A stretch of DNA of 64,000 nucleotides from Aplysia californica. Lineage: Eukaryota. The translations under genes were made by a program, and so were the position numbers. The DNA lies in the NCBI RefSeq assembly GCF_000002075.1, contig NW_004797959.1, forward strand, positions 65,951 to 129,950, written 5' to 3'. A model generated the notes under the pieces. It was not told where the DNA came from. It did not search any database and worked only from the letters and a program-made list of their open reading frames with translations. Of this stretch, positions 48,101 to 60,100 are shown one piece after another; position 1 is the stretch's first letter; each line of letters begins with the position of its first letter.

Positions 48101-51100
48101 TAGACTGACCCACAACCAGACACAAATTCACTCAGAGAGATGAGCAGAAAAAAAGAGAGAGAGAGAACCATCATCAAACACAAGTGTACCTCGTTACCAA
48201 CCTGGAGTCACAAAAACAGAGCACCACCTCATCTACTAAACTGAGCTAATCCTTCCATATAAACCGTTTCTATAATGAAAATATAGCAATCTCTTTCCAG
48301 TCCAGCCTTCAAGACAAATCAGCGTACATACATTACAATAACTGCAGAAAACAAGACCGACCCACTGTTGAGTAACCGTGATTTAAGTGGGCTAAATAGA
48401 CTACAGTGATCTACTGCCAGCTCAAAAATGAATCACAATTTAGACAAAGGGGAAGCAGACATGGCAACCTGAACAACCACAGGTTCAAACGTTTATCCCA
48501 AACACAACAGGAAGTGCCACAAGAGCTTGGAGTTTGGGTAGAGAGGAGCACATTGACCTAACAAGTCATATAGTGAACAGAAGAAGCAAGACAGTTAGAC
48601 GGAGACAACAGGAGGGAAAGAAAAGAAGTAGGACAGCCAATGTCCCCCCTTCAACCAACCACATCATGAGCGCCAGTCTTCATTAAATTCAGCCATTAAA
48701 GCCTACTTTTTAAGAGGAACAATTTTTGATAACAATCACCTTGAAAAGATTTTTGCAAGAGAAAAGAGAACCCACACAATAGTCATTCAGTGCAGAGAAA
48801 CAAGACAGACGGACAGAAACATCAGAACAAGAAAAGAAGGACCAACAAGCAGCAACCTCAAACCACCCGCCAGACAAAAAATAGGAAGTAGATCACACCA
48901 CAGTGACCATCAACCTCTCCTTTACAGAAACAGTCAACTCTACACACACACACACACAAAAAAACAAAAAACAAACACAAACCCAAGAACTTTTCATGTT
49001 GTCACAAAATGGACATTATTAGACAAGGGAAATATCTTGTGACGTTACACCATGGTGGTTTAATTAAAAAAATAACTCCTGGGGTGATGACATCAGTTGC
49101 TTACCCGGCATAAACATTGTGGGCGGGGTACCGGAGACCTGCGGGTGGATACCAGCGGGCATTCCTTGCATGCCGCCGTGAATCAAGTGTGGCCCTCCCT
49201 GAGCATGGTTGTGGGCCGGATTGGGGGGCATCTGTGGAGGCCCTGGGAAACACAGACAGACATATACATCAGATAAGTTGATGGATGTCTAATATGAAAG
49301 AAAGAGCAAACCACAACAGAAAACACACGCCAACCATCCACTTACAAGAACACAAGTCAAATCTTTTACTTTAGTGGGCATCAGACTTGACAACTATCTC
49401 AAAACCCAATCACACACACCCAACTTATCATAAGATTACAAAACAAAACAAAAAAATTACATAGGTGTGGTGTATGAGAAAAGTTTATGGCCACAGTAAA
49501 ATTAAGTTAGAAATAACAAACACCACACAAAATAAGTTCTAAATTCAACCCCCTCAAAGTGGTGGAGGAGGAAAAATATCCTCAAATTCCAGATTGCCGA
49601 ATCTTGGACAGTCCCATGAAATCTTGACAGTTAGCAAGCCATAGTTCACCAATATCCCAAAATTTATTCTTAGCCAATTCCGCTGGCCAGAGAGCTCAAA
49701 CTCAGATAGCTGCTGAAATATATTTTTAAAAAAAAGAAGTAGGTAACCCCAAAAGTCCTTGAAAAAACTTAAGGAAAGGCAAGACCAGTATAATAAAAAT
49801 CCTAATTGCATTCTGTAGTGCACATTCACACATCCCAGCATGCTGTATGTGCTTTACGACTACCATGACCACTACCTTGCATAAGATTATGCTGGGCCTG
49901 AAAGGGCAGTCCGGCGGCAGTGTAGGGCTGTGTGGCATGCTGCTGCATGGGCCCGTGGGCCTGAGGTCCGGGCTGGGGCATGACCACGTACTGGGGCTGG
50001 GGACCCGGCCCGTGACTGCTGTTTTGGGAGGTCTGCGGCTGGGGGGCGGGGGCGTATGTGTACTGCGCAGCGCTGACGTTGTTGGCGTACGAGTACTGCT
50101 GCGGTGCCGACATGCTCAGCGGGTAGCTGATGCTGCCCGCCCCTCCCCCGCCCGCCGATGGGTGGTGGTGGTGGTGGCCCACCGAGCTGATGCTCTGCTG
50201 GCCTGCCGCTGCGGCTGCTGCTGCTGCCGCCGCCATAGAGGTGCGGGGCTGGATGCCGTGCTGGGCCAGCGCGGCAGCCGCGTTCATCTGCTGGTAGTGG
50301 GAGGGCTGGGGTGTGGCCGACTGTGGGGGTCCCTGCGACATGTGGTGGTGGGGGAGGGCCTGTGGACCTCCGCCCCCGTGCTGCTGCTGGACCGGGGAGG
50401 GGGCGGGGTTTGGGGCGTGCACTGTCTGAGGCTGTGTGGAGGAGGGGTGGGGCAAGGGCTGACCGTGGGCAGGTTGAGGGTGAGGAGGCATCAAGACAGG
50501 CTGCTGGGCTGTCACTGTAGGGACAGACAGACAGAAACAAAATAAGTCAACTGATAACAATGAAAAAGAATCATTGTATTTACAAAGGAGATATCCATGC
50601 TCTACAGCATGCTTTAAGAGCTGAATTTTTACAAAACCAACAAAGAAACCCACCAAACAACACACACAACAAAAGTTAACATCTTGTCAAGAAAACACAA
50701 AATACAAAGAACTTGCCAAAACAAAATAAAGATACAAAGATTTGGCTGGACACCCCCCCCCCCCCCCCCAAAGCAACCTACAACCGAAAACAAATGTCAT
50801 TTATCTTTAGAAAAAATGTATTAACCCCTTCAAAACGTATGGTAGTTCCCAACTTTTACTGCATCCAATTTTTACAAGCCAGGACTTTCAAAGCTATTGT
50901 AGTGCAGTTATAACATCCTGTATGGTGTACGTAGCAGCAAGGTCCACGCAACTGTCGGAATTGGATTGATTTTTTAGGACATACATTGTATGGGAGGACA
51001 GCATTTTGGCACACAATGTTGGACGTATGGTGTACACGAGTTGTCAAAAAGGGGTTAAAACTTAAACTTGAAAAAAATAGAGAACCAATCAATAAATCTA

Positions 51101-54100
51101 CTAAAGGGGGCCAGTATAACAAACTTTCCAGAACACAAACTAAACAATCTTGGAGGTACAGACGTCTGGTGTAATGGTAAGGAGCTTCACTGTCTCAAGA
51201 GACCCAATTCAGGTGAATTTTTGAAGAGTATTTCAGTCTTTCTGCTGGGATGTTGTATCCCCCTCACCCCAGTTTGACCCCAACAGGCAGGGTCGGAAGC
51301 CTGCCTCAGAAATGGGTCTAAATTGTGTTGATGGGGGCGAAAAAACAATGACTTTTTTTCTCTTTTAAATTCACACTAGAGGAATTCTCTACTCACTGAA
51401 GACAGGCTGAGGTTGATTCTGTGAGCCGGCTTGCTCCAGGTTAGCGTGCTGACCACTCTGACCCATGGCTAATGAGTTTGGAGCCACCATCCTTGGTGGA
51501 TTGCCCACATTTATAACCTGTGAAAAGCAAAAATGGCAATGCAAAAGTTAAATACATACAAGTCGAAATCCACTCACTTTGTAAAGGAGGAAAGTGATTT
51601 TCTAAGAGACGGGTTGATGAAGTGGGGAAAGTGGTCGTTTATAAAGGCGATTGTCTTGGACAGGTGGCCGCTGGAGCCGGTTCAATTGTATCCATCATTT
51701 TAAAACTTAAGCTTACAATTAACAGAAATTCTACACGTACATCAGTGCTTGAAAACTGACAAACATATCAAAGAAATAATTTGATTGTAACTAAATTAAA
51801 TTTCTCAAATCGAGAATACGACTCGTAGAATACACAAGGCAAAAAATAGGGATAATTAATCTAGCACACTATCCATAAAACACAGCTATCTTTGATAAAG
51901 AAAACAGGAACCAGCAACATTTGACTAGAATGGAACATTCTCCCTCACCAATTCATTAAAAATTTTTAATATCTTTAAAAAAGAGGAAAAGGAAGAGGTG
52001 GGGGAGAAGACATAAATTGAGAAGATGAAGAAAAAGAAGAAGTAGACGTTTAAGGCGCTCGCAACTGCACAAGGTCATATTAGTGCCAAGGGGTGGATGT
52101 CAACAAAGAAGTCCTATCAGGCTTACTCTGCTCACCTCTCTAGCTTCAACAGCACAATGTCTGCTTCGACTATCAAGGCACTGCGGAAGTAGCTGGTCAC
52201 AAGAGTGTGACAAAACATACAAAAGAAGTAGAGGATAATGACGATAGTAAGGAATAGGAAAGAAAAAGCAGCAGTTCTCTGTTGCAGTTCAGGCAGTTAT
52301 GAGCATGACATTGCTGAATCAGCCCATTTACAATTCTACTATGCATAAGAACATGTTAATGTCCCCCCTTTGGGAATGGCCTAAAGAAGAAAAAGGGATT
52401 TTTGTTTGTTTAGTAAGTATTTTACGACACTTGCAACACAATATGGTCTTATAAGTGCCGAAGGTGGCACAAGAGAGTAACAAACACAAAATAGAAGGAG
52501 GGGAGATAAGGGTGATAGATGATTGATAGGAAAGAAAAAAGCAAACCACATCAGAGCACCCGCCAACCAACCACAAGAAGAAAAAGAAGAAGAGGAGGAG
52601 GAGGAGGAGGAAGAGGAGGAGGAGGAGAAGAAGAAGAAGAAGAAGAAGAAGAAAAAAGTCACAAAATGAGCTATCCAGTTTCCCCACCTGATAGCCTGTG
52701 CCTTGAGTGGGGAGATGCTGAAATATAACAGCAGACTGTGTGGCCAACAGGGGCTGTCCAGTGACCTGGTGGGCCGTCAACGTCTCGTTGACCACAGCCG
52801 GACCCACAGAAACTGTTGCTGGAGACAAAAAATAATATGTGAATGAGTTCCAATTTTGAGCACATCGACATAAGCAGCGGCCATAAAGTGCAAGGAAGAA
52901 GTGAGATGGATAGAGAGAAACAGGAAGAGGGAAAGAAAAGAACTATGACCTACCAATGGCACTCTCCAACCATCCCCACAAATTTTAAGTGACTTTGGGT
53001 AAAGAAAAGAACATCAATACAATGACGGGCCACATATTGGAGGGAAGAAGCCACACCGATAGAAACAACAAACGGGGAAAAAAAGAAGTCGGGCCTACTA
53101 ATGGCGTCCTCCAACCACCCACGATAACTATGTAAAGGAGTTTGATTAATAAGAAGCACATTGGCACAATAACAGTCACCTGTGTAGGGAAGAAGCAAGA
53201 CGGACAGACAGAAACAACTGAAGGGAAAGAAAAAAGAAGTAGCACCTACCAGTGGTGCTCTCAAACCACCGGCATGTAAAGAGTTCAAATTCTTGATTGA
53301 CGCTAGAGGGATGAGGTAACCCAAGAACAACTTGCTTTGTGAAAGTGACTACATAAGTGACGGGCACAGACCAGGATTACGTTTTTAGAGAGCACCCGAG
53401 CATGAAAATGAGAAAGGTAGAAAGAATAAAATATTTTAAAGTATAGAGCTTGATATTGAGCAGGAATTTGAGCCGAACAAATATTTATCATCATTTATCA
53501 AAATACTTGAATTGTTTCAAGACTCTTAACACAGACAACAGAACAATCCTTACCTTTCTTCCTAGAGATGGGCATGAGTGTGGGGACGGGCGCAGGGATA
53601 CCGACAGGCATGTAGCCCGCCGAAAAAACGTTAGGGTACGGGGCAGGCACCTGAGGCACGTACTGGTGGGGAGACACTCGCGGCTGGGGGGAGGGCGACT
53701 GAGCCTCTACAGGCGTCGCTACTGCCACCATAGGTTTCTGCATTGGTGGGTGGGGAAGAAGACAGTGAGATCAGTAGTACTTATGGTGAGTCAACAATCT
53801 AACGTCAGCACATTCACATTTTGAAAGACAAATAAACCCTCTCTAAGATGGGACAAGAAAGCTCCATGTCTCTCGCCAGCTAAATGTGAACGAGCAGATC
53901 ATTACTACTAAGTGGTTTGAGTGTGTGTGTGTGTGTGTGTGTGTGAAAGAGCGAGTGTCTGTTGTGAAAGTGAGGAGGATTTGGTTGTCATATCATACAG
54001 TTGGACAACACGTTAACATCGCCATCATTTTGCAAGAATAGATCAGCACACACACAAAAAAAAGAAGTGTCTACATTCTGTAACGATAGAGAATGTATAC

Positions 54101-57100
54101 AAGCTGTCTACGTTCTCTAATGAATCAAATATAGTAACAAGCCTGTGTTTGAACTTCCGTATGAGGCTGGGCTACTTTTCAATCATTCTTTTTTTCAAAT
54201 TGAAATTAGTTTGCATCATGTTTTGTCGTTAGATCTACATCATACAGGTCCGCCATTTCACTCACTCAGTTATATTAGGTTACTTCAATTCACTGTTGGT
54301 TCGTAAAAAAGAGGTTAGGTACAAGCAACTGAGGTTTGATTTAATTAAAGATCTCTAGAAATCAAAACTGCCCTGAGGGTCATACACTAGATCATCGTAG
54401 ACCTACTGTTGATATGACAGACTTGACCTCGACCCAAGTGATTTGATCGAATGACAGTGATGTCATCACATCACACATCAAATCGGCAATGTTTTCCAAC
54501 ACATTCGAATTTGATATTATTTATGGTCTCTCACGTAGGCTATCTCATACCTTGGCTTTGAGGTGGGAATTTAAAAAATTGCATTTAAACTGCAAGCTAT
54601 CTTCTAAATTCTAATTACAGAAAGCCTGATCCTTCAGTGACTTATTCAATAGTTGGGGGGGGGGGGGGGGGGGGGGGGAGAGAACAGAGGAGAGGAGAAG
54701 AGGATATCAGAGTGCATCTTCCTTGTGTGAAAAGTGGACCACTACCTCCATCATCACTACCAACAACAACAGCCGTTTCATTACACACCTTAATCATATT
54801 TTTTTTTATTTTGGAACCATTGTTTTAAGGGAAGTTAAACATAATCATCATCATAATGTAAGCCAAGTTGTTCAAAAGTACACTGTCATTTCTGTTAGAT
54901 CTATTTTAGTTTGATTGATTACTTCTAGAAATAGCCGGTTTGTTGATGTCTCATATGAATCCACCAAAAAATCTGACTGCGCCGGGTATTTTTATGTTTG
55001 TGGAAACTGACGATCACGCTTCTGCCTTTGGGTGGGCTAAATAAAATCCATGTGCAAGTTCATGAACTGATTGCCGTGGAATGAATCAATTATTGGCATC
55101 ATTGATCAAAAAAAGTTCAGTCTTAGGGAGTCTTTCAGTTGTTCCATTCGTCTTTCTTTAATAAGCTTGATTATGTCATTAGTGTCCTCATTGTCTGTGC
55201 ATGCTTGTTTTGTTTTGTTTTTTCCCTGCTTGCATGCTAAAGCGAAAGTTTGCGAGGGTTAGGCTTAGCACACATATACTGTATACTATGACAAGACATG
55301 GCTCAAAAAGAATCAGCATGCACACTCCTCCCCTCACTTGAACACACGCTTCACAACGCGACTAGCGCGAGGAAACTGCTTATGTGAGGAGTGCCCTTAA
55401 AACTATACTGAACACTTTAGCTTACACATGTGAGGCTGGCCTTAGACAGAGCGAGCTATTTTTAAGTTCTCTACTAACATTAGAGAATGTAGACAGCTTG
55501 TATACTCCACAGCTTTCCCCACTCACGTATGCATATCACCCAAAAACCATAGATGGTAATGACAATTACGAAAACAGTATTGAAATACTGCAGTCGTCAG
55601 TTACTTTTGACGATTTTTCACACAAAAAGACAACAAGGTAGGATTGGTGCTACAGAATCTAGATGACCATACTTACAGAAGAGGGTTTAAACTCCTTTGC
55701 CATAGGGTTCAATTTTGACCCCTTCAGACTGGAAATAAAGGAGAGACAAAAAAAAAATGATTGAGCAATAATAAACATTTCCAGGAAAAAAGCTGAGGGG
55801 GTAATACATAGCCTACAAATGTACAAAAAGAATATAATATAATATAAATGCACACAGACTTAGAGACGTGTTGCAATTTTATCAAAACTGGCGTACACGC
55901 AACTGGCATACACGAGTGCCAACTGGACAGGGCATGATGGGAATACATCTTGACAATTTCAGGAACTCGAATCTACTCAGAAATTCAAAAACTCTGCTTT
56001 GTAATAGATACCATCACTCTTTAAAAAACTCAGATAGACGCAATAAGATTATTTTTATCTCAAATATATCAACACATATGAGTACACAAATGCTTCAATA
56101 TCAAGTGCAGTCCATAAAGAGACCCCTCTTTTTATTTAGTCCAGTAAAATCAGTATCTCTATATTACAAAAGAAATCAAATTTAAACTTCCAAAGAAAAA
56201 TTGTATTTAAGGTAATGAGTAGTGGGATACCAACTCACAGAAAGTAGCATGTCCTATCACAACTCTATATCTAACAAAAATGCTACCGGAATTTTGTGAA
56301 AATTCATTAAGTTGCATTTGCAAACAAAAAGACAATAGATGATACTAATATGGGGGGGAACAGAAAATTTTAGGAAGAATTAGCCATGAAAGAAGCTGCA
56401 TGAAGACAACCTTGAGACCATCTTAAGCTAAATTGACCGTCTGCATAGACGAAAAGAGCCATACAAACAGAAAACTAACGATGAGAATAATAACTGTTGT
56501 TCTAAAGCTATATATGAATCAATGACAATGGAATAACGGTAACTCAGATTTAAGTTCATTAGCACTACACCATTAGAGGGGGGGGGGGGGGGGGGGGGTG
56601 TCTCCCCCCCCCCCCCCCCCCCCCCCCCCACCACATCGAAGGAACAAAATTCCTTACATATCAGAATCCTGCTTATCAGCAGACTTGGCGGCTGCATCAG
56701 AAGGTGTTTCACTGGTTTGATTGGCTGGCTCAGAGGCGGGGCTTGCTGTGGAGGAAGTGGTGACAGACACCTGAGGGACGACAGAGGCGCCGGCGGAAGG
56801 CGGAGGTCCGGATGTGTCAGTTGGTGGCTCGTGCTGGCCGTCCTGCCTCGACGACGCCTCGGGCACACTGCTTGTGCCTTGAGACTCCTGGTAAGCGGGA
56901 GAAAGGAGGGAATTAGAAAAAAAAAGGATGGGAGGAAATCCAATGAAGAAAAAAATACCCTGAGAAATTCAAACAGCACTTCAGAGTACAGTCGAATCTG
57001 CCATAACGACCACTCTTAGTTTCAGTAAGAGTTTTACGGCACTTGCAACACAATAAGGTCATATAAGTGCAGAAGATTAGAGGTGTTACAAGAGAGTAAC

Positions 57101-60100
57101 AAACACAAAAAAGGAGAAGAGATAAAGGACGATAGATGTTTGATAGAAGAAGCAAATCACACCAGAGCACCCACACCGTCACCCCCTGCATTTTTTTTCT
57201 ATCTAATTTAACTGTGTAAAATATGTTCACCTGTCCGACAAGGCAGCGACCATCTTTTACCAATCCACAGTCTAATTTACCTGCCTCAGGCGGCCAAGTG
57301 TGGTCACTCATTGCCCGACGCTTTGTTATAGATTTTTAATCATTTCCTCACGCTGTGGAAGGGTTGTCATCCTTCATTCACCTGTCGTTATTGTTAGTTC
57401 ATGTAGTGAATGTTTCAATGGGTAGGCCAAACAAGAAATTTTCCAACTGCTGGTGAGGGAAGCCTGATCTGTTATAACCTATAAGCCCCATCCACAACAC
57501 ATGCACAAATCGTGTGAGAGGTGACTGGTCACCGTTTTGTTTACCTAATCTGTAACAAAGTAACAATGGACGTTGACATGAACTTGCAATGGAAGTCCGT
57601 TCAAGATATCTTAAAATCTTTTTTTGCTTACAGCAGTATATTTTATTGCCTTTTCGCGTGCTAAATTTCCGTGTATGGAGGTGAATAATAAGGTGACCAG
57701 TTTTTAGAAATAGGTGCCATGACGTTGAGAACCTAGCACACGGTCTTGTAACTGACCACATCATCAAACTCTTACCAGCACAAAGTTTTGGTGGAAGTCC
57801 TGAAGCTGCTGGTTCACTTTGTTCCTAGACTCCTCTGCAAAGAGACATAAATACATCAGAATATTAACAACTATGGATTTTAACGAGGTATCAAAATCTT
57901 CGTTCTTTACACCAAACACAGGAGCTATGCAAGCAAAATCAACACTTTCTTAAATCTTTCATTACTTTTGTTTTCTCTCTCTGTGGTAGTTTGCTGGCAT
58001 AAGCTCGTTTATTCATTTTGAAAGATAGTACAGTAATGTAAGAGTTTAACATCATTTGTGTCACAAATATGCCATTTAAGTGTCGTCACTTGCGTCACAT
58101 ATGGGCCATTAAAGTGTCGAACATTAAAGGTGCTACTATAAAGCAACCCCCACATTGAGATGAGATAGAAATCAATTTGTTATATTTAACAAAAGTACAC
58201 TTTCACCTATTAAACGAGAAAAAAAACTTCATTTTCTTTCTCTAGAAAATCCCAACACAGATCAAGGAAGACTGGTTCAATTCTGATTTTGAGACACAAT
58301 GGTCAGCAGATGTAAAAAATCAGCTGGCTTATGGTTGAAAAGCGTGCAACACCAAACACCTGAAATTTTGCGTAAGAGTGCGGGAAATAGAAGAAGAAAC
58401 AAGTATCCGCACACAGCAGGACATTGTAAATTATAATTGTACAAATGGGAATCAAACTCTCATCTGAGAAAGACAGCAAGCAAGCTAACTGTTACACCAG
58501 AGACACTTGTCCAGTGGGACAGAAAAAGCTAAGAGTCGAGTCTTTCATTAGAGTGTATGAGCAGGTAATACAGTCAAAATTTTCAAAGATGTCTGACCAT
58601 TGTCGAGAAGAAGCGTGGTTGTTTTAGACATGTGGATATCCCGGACCGAGTCATTGTTTTTGTTTTTCTTTTACACAGGAAGGAGATTAGAATGTCGTCA
58701 TTTGGACAGGTGGCTGTAAAAGCAGGTCTGACTATGGACGAAAAAAAACCCCCAAGACAGTGAGACAATGATATATCTAACAGTCACAGACCAGGGCTGG
58801 TTTCGACACCTCTAGAAGTCCTCCGGTCGGAACCTCCAGCAGACGGCGGTGACGCTGACGTTGATGCGGCGGCACTACTTTGTGCTGCTAGCTCGCCGCT
58901 ATCTGGCGGCGCAGGTGCTGATGACGAGGGGGGGCCTGCTGCAACAGGTATGGAACCGTCATGAACCTTCTGTGATGAGGGCACAGGGGCGGCCTGTTGT
59001 TGACCCCCGACCTGCGCCTCCGTCCTGTGGTAGGCTTGGCTTGGTGTTGGATTGCTTATGTCCAACTGCTGCAAGACTTTTTGACTCGCTTCTGGATTGC
59101 CCGGTTGCCCATCTGAATTTTTTTAGCAAAAGGAAGGCAGAAAAAGAAAAGAATTGAAGAACTTACTTTTACTTACAGCCGCTTATACCGTTTTGGGTGT
59201 TGCGGGAGGATAGAAGACACCAGAGTAAAGCGATTATTTTTTAGCAGTATTTAAACAAGCAAATCACAACTTATAAGACCTAAAACATGACAATTAAAAC
59301 GGTTGAGATTGTCTGAAAATTTTGCGCCCCCCCCCAAAGAGCTTTTGTGGGTGTCATAAGGAAGGACTTCCGAGTAACGAGCCACCACCCTCAAAAAACA
59401 CAATAAAGAAGAGACCCAACCCTAACCCTACCCCAAAAAAAGAACCTACAACGGGCCTCATGTAAAAAAAAGCCAGCACAAGTCCAAAATGAAAAAATTA
59501 AATTTTTTTAAAAACCACACTCCAAAAAAAATCAAGGAGCATAATATGGCGTACAACATCAAAATCTAGATTCTACATTGCAATGAATAGGGTTTGATAC
59601 AATAACACGATAGTATTGGAATATGAATCCTCCATATATAGATCTAGATCTTGTAGAACAAGTGAATATGAATAGGCCTTGGCCTTGAACTAGAAATCCG
59701 CATCCGATTCCGAACAGAGGGAGGGACTCAGCTGAGTCTAGATCTAGAATCCATAGATCTAGATCTATATCTAGAATCTAATAAATAATTCACGCACCTG
59801 ATAAAATGCTTTTTACCAACATTAATATTACAGTACAACCTATGATAGGGTTTGACACAATAGAATTGGAATATGAATCCTCCATTGAGGCCTATAATGA
59901 TCTTTATAAATCTAGATCTAGATCCTATTAGAAAGAGTGAGTCAGACTTGAATGAATCCACACGATCTGAACAAATGAATTAGTCAACAAACGAAATTCA
60001 AAATGGCTGCTCGAGCACAAAACTGAAAGTAGATAATTTAGGTCGTCGTCCTTTTTCGTATTCGCATTTCTACTCAGGTTCCGACAATTATGTCAGAAAC

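Noticed and set aside
49847-50545. Long plus-strand ORFs opposite ataxin-2 exons (also 60956-61405, 53450-53824)
   Set aside because: GC-rich antisense shadows of coding exons
50825-51054. Second piggyBac-like MITE (TTAA-CCCCTT...AAGGGG-TTAA)
   Set aside because: Only 6 bp of TIR match; plausible but unsupported without other copies
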